Source: Sandaracinaceae bacterium (lineage in GTDB: Bacteria; Myxococcota_A; Polyangia; Polyangiales; Sandaracinaceae). From it: DNA of 23,993 bases. The DNA lies in assembly GCA_044220955.1 (NCBI GenBank), contig JBGAQA010000096.1, positions 1 through 23,993 on the forward strand, read 5' to 3'. Shown piece after piece: positions 7,120 through 15,158 of this stretch (positions within the stretch are counted from its first letter, which is position 1; every line of letters begins with the position of its first letter). The position numbers and the translations under genes were made by a program. Under the pieces are notes generated by a model. It did no database searches. It was not told the DNA's origin and saw only the letters and a list, made by a program, of their open reading frames with translations.

Positions 7120-7829
7120 TGGAAGTTCTGTACCGCGAAGACGCCGCCGCTGCCCGAGTAGAACCCGCAGGCGACTCCCGAGAAGCTCGTGCTCGACATG
7201 TTGATGTAGTGGCCGTGGGCCGGCGGCCCGTAGAAGTCACCCGGGCCCTCGTCCCACATCTGCTGCAGGCACCCCGAGACCGTGCTGTCCACGGAGGGCC
7301 AGCCGGGACACTCGTTCTGCCCGTAGCCGCCGTTGCAGATCCCCGCGCGGAACGCGGCGTGCGCCATGCCCGCGTGATCGTGGTCGTACTGCGCCATCAT
7401 GTCGGCGCACGCCTCGCCCGCGGTCCAGCGCATCAGCGGCGGCAGGTGCTGGCACTCGCACCGGAACTGGTTGATGCGGGCCACGCAGTCGGCGTGCGGA
7501 TCGCCCGTGCTCGCGGGGGTGGCCGGCATGCAGCCGGCGATGGGCGCCGCGAGCGGCGTTCCCGTCGTGCACGTCGGGTCGATCCAGGCGTCGGGCGGCG
7601 GCACCCACGCGTCCGGCGCAGGCGGGACCCACGCGTCCGGCGCAGGCGGCGACCACGCGTCGGTTCCCGGCGGCGACCAGGCGTCCGTCCCGGGCCCGAT
7701 GGTGCCCGTGTCTGCGCCTCCGACGGTCCCCGCGTCCATGCCGGCGCCGCGCGCGCTCGAGCCGATCCGGCCCTCGCAGCCGGCGGTCGAGATCAGGACG
7801 ACGAGGCAGAGCGAGAGGAGCAGCCGCAC
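7116..7829 (-). CDS. CAP (SCP/PR-1) domain lipoprotein, paralog 2, with Pro/DAW repeat linker
   Basis: GTG 7829 preceded by GGAGG; lipobox STAG-C; same CAP motifs as paralog 1. Confidence 0.85.
   Translation of the reverse strand: MRLLLSLCLVVLISTAGCEGRIGSSARGAGMDAGTVGGADTGTIGPGTDAWSPPGTDAWSPPAPDAWVPPAPDAWVPPPDAWIDPTCTTGTPLAAPIAGCMPATPASTGDPHADCVARINQFRCECQHLPPLMRWTAGEACADMMAQYDHDHAGMAHAAFRAGICNGGYGQNECPGWPSVDSTVSGCLQQMWDEGPGDFYGPPAHGHYINMSSTSFSGVACGFYSGSGGVFAVQNFQ
7581..7694 (-). repeat. Coding tandem repeat, about 5 x 24 bp (PGTDAWSP, PGTDAWSP, PAPDAWVP, PAPDAWVP, PPDAWID)
   Basis: Repeated 'gacgcgtgg/gacgcctgg' units with 24-bp period on the minus strand; the last unit is shorter. Confidence 0.85.
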
Positions 7830-7873
7830 GGAGCCTCCCGGGGAGAGAGGGGAGCATAGCGCGACGCCGCGCC

Positions 7874-8929
7874 TCAAAAAAGGCTGCCCTGCGGCGTGCG
7901 GCGCTTCTTGCCGAGGTGGACGAACGCGCGCTCGGTCGCCACGCGCCCCTTCTGCGTGCGCGCGAGGAAGCCGTTCTGCAGCAGGTAGGGCTCGATCACG
8001 TCCTCGAGCGTGTCGCGCGGCTCGCTGAGCGTGGCAGCGAGCGCCTCGATGCCGACGGGGCCGCCGTCGTAGACGTCGATGATGATCTTGAGGAACCGGC
8101 GGTTCATCTCGTCGAGCCCGGCGTGATCGACCTCGAGGCGGCGCAGCGCGTCGTCGGCCGCCTTCGCGTCGAGCTTGCCGTCGCCGAGGATCTCCGCGAA
8201 GTCGCGCGCGCGGCGCAAGAGGCGGTTGGCGATGCGGGGCGTGCCGCGCGCGCGCCGCGCGAGCTCGAGCGCGGCGTCGTCGTCGATCCTGACGTCGAGG
8301 ATGCCGGCGCTGCGCCGCACGATGCGCGCGAGCTCCTCCGGCTCGTAGTAGTCGAGGCGCGCCTCGATGCCGAAGCGCGAGAGGAGCGGGCCGGTGAGCA
8401 GGCCCGTGCGCGTGGTCGCGCCGACGAGCGTGAAGGGGGCGATCGGGATCTGGAGCGTGCTCGCCATCGGCCCGTCGCCGTGCACGACGTCGATGCGGAA
8501 GTCCTCCATCGCCGTGTACAGGTTCTCCTCGACCACCGCGGAGAGGCGGTGGATCTCGTCGATGAACAGGACGTCCCGCTCACCCAGCTTGGTGAGCAGC
8601 GCCGCGAGCTGGCCCTTGTGCTCGATCGCGGGGCCGTGCGCGAGGTGCAGCGTCACGCCGAGCTCCTCGGCGAGGATGAAGGCGAGCGTCGTCTTGCCGA
8701 GGCCGGGCGGGCCGAAGAGCAGGACGTGGTCGAGCGCGCCGCCGCGCTTCTTCGCGGCGTCCACGTAGACGATGAGGTTCTCCTTCGTGCGCGTCTGTCC
8801 GACGAAGTCGTCGAAGCGGCTCGGTCGCAGCGACTGCTCGATGCGCGACTCTTCGTTCTCGCTCGCCGGCGCGGGGTCGAGGAGGTTCTCGGGGCGCGCG
8901 TTCGGCCGGGTCTTCTTGGTCATGGTCAT
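7874..8929 (-). CDS. ruvB: Holliday junction branch migration helicase RuvB
   Basis: '[13 protein letters not shown]', Walker A GPPGLGKT, Walker B 'FIDEIHRL', 'GATTRTG', '[10 protein letters not shown]', 'GGPVG', 'IEPYLLQ.G..RT.KGR'. Confidence 0.98.
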   Translation of the reverse strand: MTMTKKTRPNARPENLLDPAPASENEESRIEQSLRPSRFDDFVGQTRTKENLIVYVDAAKKRGGALDHVLLFGPPGLGKTTLAFILAEELGVTLHLAHGPAIEHKGQLAALLTKLGERDVLFIDEIHRLSAVVEENLYTAMEDFRIDVVHGDGPMASTLQIPIAPFTLVGATTRTGLLTGPLLSRFGIEARLDYYEPEELARIVRRSAGILDVRIDDDAALELARRARGTPRIANRLLRRARDFAEILGDGKLDAKAADDALRRLEVDHAGLDEMNRRFLKIIIDVYDGGPVGIEALAATLSEPRDTLEDVIEPYLLQNGFLARTQKGRVATERAFVHLGKKRRTPQGSLF

Positions 8930-9540
8930 CCCAGCGCGGCGAGCGCCTCGCGGAGCAGCGCGCCCGTGTCCTTGCCCTCGGCGCCCGGCGCGATCGCGGC
9001 GACGGCGCGATCGGCCTCCGAGGGCCGGAAGCCCATCGAGACGAGCATGCCCGCCACGCTGCCGAGCGGGCCCGAGGGGCGCGCGACCACGGCCGTCGCG
9101 GGCGAGCTGATCCCGCCGGCGCTCGAGGGCGACGCGAAGAGGCCCACCTTGTCCTTCAGCTCGAGCGCGAGCCGCTCGACGATCTTCTTGCCCACGCCGG
9201 GGATGCCCGAGAGCGCCTTGCGATCCTCGCGCGCGATCGCCGCGGCGAGCTCCCTGGCGGACAGGTGCGAGAGCACCGCGAGCGCCAGCTTCGGGCCGAC
9301 CGACGAGACGCCCATGAGGGTCCGGAAGGCCACGCGATCCTCGGGCGTCACGAACCCGTAGAGCACGAGCGCGTCCTCGCGCACGTGCGTGTGCACGTGG
9401 AGCGTGACGCGCTCGTTCATGGGCAGCCGTCCGAGCGCGCCGAGCGGCACGAAGACCTCGTAGCCCACGCCGCCCACGTCGAGGACGATCGATCCGTCCA
9501 TCGCCCGATCGGCGATGGTCCCCGTCAGTCTTCCGATCAC
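8926..9540 (-). CDS. ruvA: Holliday junction branch migration protein RuvA
   Basis: 'MIGRLTG', 'DVGGVGYEV', '[12 protein letters not shown]', HhH motifs '[10 protein letters not shown]' and '[17 protein letters not shown]'; ATGA overlap with ruvB. Confidence 0.97.
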   Translation of the reverse strand: MIGRLTGTIADRAMDGSIVLDVGGVGYEVFVPLGALGRLPMNERVTLHVHTHVREDALVLYGFVTPEDRVAFRTLMGVSSVGPKLALAVLSHLSARELAAAIAREDRKALSGIPGVGKKIVERLALELKDKVGLFASPSSAGGISSPATAVVARPSGPLGSVAGMLVSMGFRPSEADRAVAAIAPGAEGKDTGALLREALAALG

Positions 9541-9565
9541 AGGCGGCGAGGATAGCGGAGCGCGA

Positions 9566-11485
9566 TCAGCGGCGCCCGCGCCTCGCGAGGGCGAGCGCGA
9601 CCAGCAAGAGACCGAGGGCGCCGCCGCCGGCCCCCGCGCTCCCGGCGCGGCAGCCGCAGCCGGCGTTCATCGGCGTGCCGCCGTGGACGCCCGAGTCGCG
9701 CACGCTCGCGTCCATGGGGGTGCTCCCGGCGTCCGGGTTGGCGACACAGCTGCCCTCCACGCAGTGCGCCGCGCTGCCGCAGTCGAGGCCGGCGCAGGGG
9801 TCCGGCTCGCAGGCACCGAGGCGGCAGCGCTGGCCCGTCCCGCACGTCACGCCCTCGCAGCGTCCGACGCACGCGCCCGCGCGGCAGATCTGGTCGCTCG
9901 CGCACGTCACGTTCGCGCAGAGGTCGACCCTGCAGGCGCCAGCGTCGCAGCGCTGTCCGAGGGGACACACCACGCCGGCGCAGGCGTCGACGCACGCGCC
10001 CGCCGTGCAGACCATCCCGGCGCCGCACGTCATCGTCTCGCAGCCCATGTCGACGCAGCGCCCCTCGGTCGCCGAGCCGGTGCGCGTGTCGCACGCGGTG
10101 CCGGCGCCGCAGAACGTCGTCGCCGCGAGGTCGGCGCACGTGCACGCCGGGCCGCAGAGCGTCGTCGCGCCGGGCCGGTCCGCGACGCAGAGCTGCATCG
10201 AGGGGCACGCGACGCCGAGGCAGAGGTCGATGCATGCGCCGCCGATGCACTGCAGTCGCCCGGGGCAGCGCACGCCGTCGCAGGGATCGACGCACGCGCC
10301 CGCGCGGCACACGGTCCCCTCGGGGCAAGGGGTCGTGAGGGCCGCGCACGCGCTCTCCTCGCAGAAGCCGCCCGGGTTGCACGACTCGCCGACCGGGCAC
10401 GCGCCCTCGAAGCACGCGTCGAGGCAGAGGCCGCTCGACGTGTCGCACGCGGTGCCGGTGGGGCAGGGCGAGAGCGGCAGGCAGTTGAAGCTCGTGGTCG
10501 CGTCGCAGGGCTGGAACGCGCCCGGGTGGATCGCCGGGTTCGTGTCGTCGCAGTCGTCGCCGCCGCAGCGGATGTCGCGGTGGTGATCGCCGTCGCCGTC
10601 GAGGCAGATCGACGTGTCGTCCTCGTTGAGCCCGGCGATCGCGTCGAGCTCGTCGTCGGTCGAGTGGAAGATGCACTCGGGGCCGGGGTTGCCCGGGTTG
10701 CCGGCCTGCATCGCCACGTAGCGGAACGAGAGGCCGCAGGGGAGCGACCACACCGTCACGAACGAGTCCGCCACGGCCTCGCCCGCGCTGTTGTCGCGGA
10801 GCCACGTGCCGAGGTCGGTCCGTGTCGCTTCCGCCGCGCCGGTCGCCCGGCCGTTGCGCGTCCAGCCCTGCGTGAAGATGCGGATGAGGCGCGCGGGGTT
10901 CCACTGCGCGGGATCGGGCGCGTCCGTCGGCGCGACGGTGGTCGCGTCGGGGTTGTTCGAGAGCCACACGGTGTACTCGAACGCCTCGCACGGGAGCGGC
11001 CCGTGGTCGGTGACCGGAAAGACCACGACGCGGTTGGCCTCGCCGCCGAGGTCGTAGATGCGCCCGCGCGTCGGCTCGTAGTAGTCGGGCGAGCCGTCGG
11101 GGAGCCCGGCGCCGCTCGGGTCGGTCCGGATGACCTGCGTCCAGTACCAGTCGAGCGAGTTCGCCTGGACCGCGGGATCGTCTCCTCCGGGCGGGTGCGA
11201 GCCCACCGCGCCGCAGACGTAGCCGCTCAGCATCAGGGGATCGGTCGTCTGGCCGATGCAGCCGTTCACGCCGCGGACGTAGTGCGCGAAGTTGAGCTCG
11301 GGCGCGTAGTGGCCGTCCCGGGTGGTGAAGACGTCGTCGACGACCCCGTCGGCGTGCGCGGCGGCGACGACGTTCAGGCAAGCCATGCCCGTTCCGTCGG
11401 AGCACGTGGCCTGCGCGGCGGCCGCCGCGGGCACGCCGAGCGAGAGGGAGCAGACCAGGGCCCGGAGGAACGTCGCTCGCGTCAT
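9566..11485 (-). CDS. MYXO-CTERM-anchored surface protein: putative jelly-roll head, MopE-like metal-binding repeat, Cys-rich repeat stalk
   Basis: Sec signal ending AAAA-Q; 'DGDGD..CGGDDCDDTNPAIHPGA..CD'; multiple 'C..V.CP.G..C..GACVD.C' repeats; C-terminal 'GCGCRAG...LGLLLVALALARRGRR'. Confidence 0.88.
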   Translation of the reverse strand: MTRATFLRALVCSLSLGVPAAAAAQATCSDGTGMACLNVVAAAHADGVVDDVFTTRDGHYAPELNFAHYVRGVNGCIGQTTDPLMLSGYVCGAVGSHPPGGDDPAVQANSLDWYWTQVIRTDPSGAGLPDGSPDYYEPTRGRIYDLGGEANRVVVFPVTDHGPLPCEAFEYTVWLSNNPDATTVAPTDAPDPAQWNPARLIRIFTQGWTRNGRATGAAEATRTDLGTWLRDNSAGEAVADSFVTVWSLPCGLSFRYVAMQAGNPGNPGPECIFHSTDDELDAIAGLNEDDTSICLDGDGDHHRDIRCGGDDCDDTNPAIHPGAFQPCDATTSFNCLPLSPCPTGTACDTSSGLCLDACFEGACPVGESCNPGGFCEESACAALTTPCPEGTVCRAGACVDPCDGVRCPGRLQCIGGACIDLCLGVACPSMQLCVADRPGATTLCGPACTCADLAATTFCGAGTACDTRTGSATEGRCVDMGCETMTCGAGMVCTAGACVDACAGVVCPLGQRCDAGACRVDLCANVTCASDQICRAGACVGRCEGVTCGTGQRCRLGACEPDPCAGLDCGSAAHCVEGSCVANPDAGSTPMDASVRDSGVHGGTPMNAGCGCRAGSAGAGGGALGLLLVALALARRGRR

Positions 11486-11518
11486 CGGGCCATGGTAGCG
11501 CGATCGCGGGAGCCGCGG

Positions 11519-11830
11519 TCAGCGCGGACGCAGGTTCCAGCCGCACCCGGCGTTGATGGGGGCGAGCTCCTCGGCGGTCGGCGACACCGACGTCACGAGC
11601 AGCTCGGTGCGCTCGAAGGTCGCGCCAGCGTTTCCGGCGACCGAGCACTCACACCGATGGTGGCCGGCAGGCGTCGTCGGTGTGCACTCCACGCTGCGAT
11701 CGTGTCCGTCCCAGCACTGACCGAAGTCGATGGTCGAGCCGGCGCCCGTGCCGACCGCGACGCTCGTACAGATGCCGTCGCTGGAGCAGCCGGCGAGGAC
11801 GAGCGCGAGCGCGAGCGCGGTCTGTCTCAT
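11519..11830 (-). CDS. Small Cys-containing lipoprotein (103 aa), function unknown
   Basis: 'MRQTALALALVLAG-C' lipobox plus 6 further Cys. An in-frame ATG at 11848 overlapping the lipase stop is an alternative start. Confidence 0.75.
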   Translation of the reverse strand: MRQTALALALVLAGCSSDGICTSVAVGTGAGSTIDFGQCWDGHDRSVECTPTTPAGHHRCECSVAGNAGATFERTELLVTSVSPTAEELAPINAGCGWNLRPR

Positions 11831-11847
11831 GGGGCCCCTCGCATACA

Positions 11848-14310
11848 TCAGTGTCCGATCGGCGGGGGCGTCCCGGCGAAGATCGCCGCCACGAACGCCT
11901 CGACGTCCGCGCGCCCGTCGGTCGACTGCAGGGCCACGAAGTGACCGTCGACGCCGGCCGGCGGCGCGTACATGCGCATTCCGTAGGTGAACGTCGCGGT
12001 GCCGACCATCACGTTGCCGATGAGCGGCGGATCCGCCTGGTTGCCGGGGTTGAACGACATCGGGTCGGTGAGGATCGGCCGGACGAAGGGGAAGCCGGCC
12101 GCAAGACCGAAGGCCTGCAGCGTCGCCTCGGGCGTGTAGTGGTCGCCCATTCCGTACGTCGCGAACACGTGCAGGCCGGGCGCTCCGGTCGGCACGTCGT
12201 GCACGTAGCGGCGCGCGTAGTTCACCGCGTCGGATCGCTCGAAGAACATCTGGAAGAGGGCGAGCGCCGGGTTGTAGTCGCCGATGGCGAGGTTGCCCGA
12301 GCCGTCGACGTCGAGCAGCGCGTAGGGCACCAGGTGCGCGATGTCGACGGGCTGGGTCTTGTGGAGGAGCGACTGCGTGAGGTCGCCCCCGGCCTCGCTG
12401 AGCACGACGCCCGCGAGCGAGGGCTCGTCGCCCGCGAGCAGCGCCGAGTGCTGCGCGCCCTGGCTGTGGCCGAACAGCACGATGCGCGTCGCGTCGATCG
12501 GGACGGAGGCGCCGCCGCTCGTGATCGCCCCGTCGTGCGCGAAGCGGATCGCGCCCATGATGTCGGCCGCGCCCTGCAGGAACACGTCGCGCGCGGCGCG
12601 CGGGTTGGTGAAGTTGTAGACGAGGTAGTTGGGGCTGCGCGTGCTGCCGCCGCGCCGCGCGCCGTGCTCCGGGAGATCGATGCCGACCGTGACGGCCGGG
12701 AGGGTCGCCGTCGCGAGGTCGTGCGCGACGCCGCCGCGGATGTGGTCCGTGAAGCTGCCGCCCGTGCCGTGGGCCGCGACGAGCACCGGGTAGCCACCCG
12801 CGGGCGCGGCCGCCGTGGGCACGGTGATCGACACGCAGACGTCCTCCATCCGCACGATCCTCGGGTTGCCGCTCGCGTCGAGCGCGATCCCGCCGCCGTC
12901 GGTCGGCTCGTCGTAGGGCGCCGTGCCCTCCTGGAAGATGGGCAGCGAGAGGTGGCCGTGGATCTCGGTGAAGGCCGCGTCGACGGGGCTGCAGCGGCGC
13001 TGCTCGGTGCCGTCGTCGCAGGGCGAGAGAGCGGTGGCCGTGCAGACGGTCGCGTCCGCGAGCGTGGGGAGCGGCGCGGCCTGCTCGGCCGCGCGCAGCA
13101 GCGGGATCATGCGATCGGCGCTCTGCGTCGTGAACACCGCGGCGTTCAGCACCGTCGTCGGGTCGATGGTCTGCGCGGCGAGGAACGCGCGCAGCGGCGC
13201 GTGCGCGTCCCAGGCGTGCATGAGCCCGGCGTCGGTCGGGGCGGTGTCGCTCAGCGTCGCGACGAAGTCGGCGTCGCGGGCGAACGCGTTCATGCTCGTG
13301 TCGCGCACGCCGGTGGTCATGATGACGGCGTACGTCGTCGCGGGGCGCAGCGGGTCGCCGTGCCCGAGGCCGACGCCGAGCCAGTCGTCGCAGATGTACT
13401 TCGTCAGGTGCCCGGAGGTGGTGATCCAGCGGAAGCCGCGGTCCTGCGCGTACGTGGGCGAGCCCTCGGTGATGTCCACGATGCGCAGGTGGCCGTCGAT
13501 GCTGCCGCCGTCGTAGGGCCGCGAGAAGCGGAAGTACGCCACGGCGTTCGTCGCGAAGCCGTCGAGGTCCGTCTGCGCGGCGGCGACGTAGCGGCCGAGC
13601 ACGTCGATCGAGAGCGCGGTCCCCGGGGTCGGGAACCCGCTGAGATCGAGCCCGGTCGGCGTTCGCCGGACGTCGCTCGGGAAGGGCAGCCGGAAGAAGT
13701 CGTGCGCAGGAGTGCCCGCGCGGGGCACCTCGAAGTACGAGTGCGCGGGACCGTCGTCCGTCTCGCACGTCTCGCCCGCCCAGAGGCCCACGACGGGAGG
13801 CGGACCGCTCGGAACGCCGCCGTCGAGCCCGCCGCCGTCCCCGGGTCGGCCGCGCGCAGGCGCGCTCTGGCAGATCGTGCCGAAGGGCTGCGTCGTGCAG
13901 GTCAGCCCCGCGAGGCAGTCGGTCTGCGCGGCGCACGCGGCGCCGATGTCGCCGGAGCCGCCCATGCGGCAGCGCCCGCTGAAGCCCTCGATCGAGCAGA
14001 CGAGGCCGACGTCGCAGTCAGCGTCCCCCGTACAGTCGTCCCCCGCGGTGCCGGCGCCCGCCGTCTCGCAGGTGCGCGATGCGGCGCAGTAGAGGCCGGC
14101 CGTGCACTCGCCGGTGAGCATGCACGATTGACCTGCCGTGACCGCGTGCGAGGGCTGGCACGTTCCGCCGCTGCATACGAGGTTGGTCCGGCATTCCCCC
14201 GAGCTCACGCACGCCTGGCCGACGCCGCGGTTCTCGACGGTGGGCGTGGTGCCGCAGGCGCAGCCGGCGAGCGCGAGCCCGAACAGGGCGCGGATCCAGG
14301 GTCGAAGCAT
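11848..14310 (-). CDS. Extracellular alpha/beta-hydrolase (lipase-like) lipoprotein with four N-terminal Cys-rich repeats
   Basis: ATG 14310 with GGAGG; 'LALAG-C'; 'FFRLPFPSD..R', 'DGFATN', 'AHGTGG', 'GIDLPEHG.R', nucleophile elbow GHSQG, candidate acid 'GDHYTP' and His 'DGHF'. Confidence 0.88.
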   Translation of the reverse strand: MLRPWIRALFGLALAGCACGTTPTVENRGVGQACVSSGECRTNLVCSGGTCQPSHAVTAGQSCMLTGECTAGLYCAASRTCETAGAGTAGDDCTGDADCDVGLVCSIEGFSGRCRMGGSGDIGAACAAQTDCLAGLTCTTQPFGTICQSAPARGRPGDGGGLDGGVPSGPPPVVGLWAGETCETDDGPAHSYFEVPRAGTPAHDFFRLPFPSDVRRTPTGLDLSGFPTPGTALSIDVLGRYVAAAQTDLDGFATNAVAYFRFSRPYDGGSIDGHLRIVDITEGSPTYAQDRGFRWITTSGHLTKYICDDWLGVGLGHGDPLRPATTYAVIMTTGVRDTSMNAFARDADFVATLSDTAPTDAGLMHAWDAHAPLRAFLAAQTIDPTTVLNAAVFTTQSADRMIPLLRAAEQAAPLPTLADATVCTATALSPCDDGTEQRRCSPVDAAFTEIHGHLSLPIFQEGTAPYDEPTDGGGIALDASGNPRIVRMEDVCVSITVPTAAAPAGGYPVLVAAHGTGGSFTDHIRGGVAHDLATATLPAVTVGIDLPEHGARRGGSTRSPNYLVYNFTNPRAARDVFLQGAADIMGAIRFAHDGAITSGGASVPIDATRIVLFGHSQGAQHSALLAGDEPSLAGVVLSEAGGDLTQSLLHKTQPVDIAHLVPYALLDVDGSGNLAIGDYNPALALFQMFFERSDAVNYARRYVHDVPTGAPGLHVFATYGMGDHYTPEATLQAFGLAAGFPFVRPILTDPMSFNPGNQADPPLIGNVMVGTATFTYGMRMYAPPAGVDGHFVALQSTDGRADVEAFVAAIFAGTPPPIGH

Positions 14311-14375
14311 GCAAGACCTCCGAGGACGGATCGTAGCCCGAGACCGAGCGCGAGCGCGAGCGCGCCCACGGCCGC

Positions 14376-15158
14376 TCAGGCGTCGTGGCCGCGCACGACC
14401 GGGCACCCCCAGCCGTCGTACGTCCCGCCGTGCTCCTCTGCGAGCCCGTACAGACGCTCGACGATGTCGTGTACGTGCGCGAGCTCGCTGCGATCGTCGC
14501 GCACCGCGTGCGCGCTCCACGCCTCCTCCGTGCCCTCGGCCCGCTCGATCGCCACCTCGAACCCCATCTCGCGTACCGCGCACGCCCACGCCTCGGCCGC
14601 CGCGCGCGCGGCGAAGCGCGCGTGGTGATCGATCGGCCGGGCGATGTCGCTCTTGTCGCCGCTCTCGGCCAGCGACTCGACGAGCCGGCGGTCCTTGATC
14701 CACTGCCACTCGAGCGGACCCGGGTAGAGCACGTCGAGGTAGTGCTTCCAGTCGGCGTCTCGCTGCTTGCGGGTCATCACGCGCCGAGGCTCCGTGCCGG
14801 AGAGCCCGGCCGTCAGCGCCTGCTCGAGGGAGTCCGTGCGCTTGGCGTAGAAGAAGAGGTCGCGGACGCCGTTCCAGGTCATGCGGCCGACGAAGACCGC
14901 CCCGCAGTGCGCATCCAGCGTCCGCACGAGGCCGTCCTCGATCAGGCCGAGCGCGGTCGCCTCGGCGTTGCTGGTGAGCCCGTCGGGGCGCGGGTCCTTG
15001 AGCGGCAGCCGGACGCTGACGAGCCAGGGGCGCTGCGCGTCGGGCGCACCGTCCACGAGCGAGAGGTCCAGCATCGTGGAGCACGGCCGTCCGTCGACGA
15101 CGAAGAAGTAGAAGTCCCAGTGCCCCTGCTTCTCCGTGCCCTTGCGCGCCGGTGTCAT
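14376..15158 (-). CDS. DUF695-domain protein with a C-terminal RraB-like domain
   Basis: 'WDFYF..VDGRP.S..LDL', 'GL....E...L..IED', 'FVGRMT.NG.R..FFY', 'D.DW..Y...LYP', 'RPIDH', 'GGTYDGWGC'; ATGA overlap with ygiQ. Confidence 0.85.
   Translation of the reverse strand: MTPARKGTEKQGHWDFYFFVVDGRPCSTMLDLSLVDGAPDAQRPWLVSVRLPLKDPRPDGLTSNAEATALGLIEDGLVRTLDAHCGAVFVGRMTWNGVRDLFFYAKRTDSLEQALTAGLSGTEPRRVMTRKQRDADWKHYLDVLYPGPLEWQWIKDRRLVESLAESGDKSDIARPIDHHARFAARAAAEAWACAVREMGFEVAIERAEGTEEAWSAHAVRDDRSELAHVHDIVERLYGLAEEHGGTYDGWGCPVVRGHDA

Noticed and set aside
9541..9600. LexA/SOS box upstream of ruvA
   Set aside because: No palindrome or recognisable myxobacterial LexA motif is visible.
9566..11485. Calling the MYXO-CTERM protein TraA
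   Set aside because: No recognisable PA14-like head and no adjacent OmpA-domain traB; only the overall architecture is similar.
14345..14365. (CGAGCG)n short tandem repeat in an intergenic gap
   Set aside because: Only about three units of a GC-rich hexamer; similar runs occur in Leu-Ala codons nearby; not significant.
14311..15084. Upstream extension of the lipase ORF (1078 aa call)
   Set aside because: It overlaps the DUF695 gene in another frame; signal peptide and GGAGG support ATG 14310.
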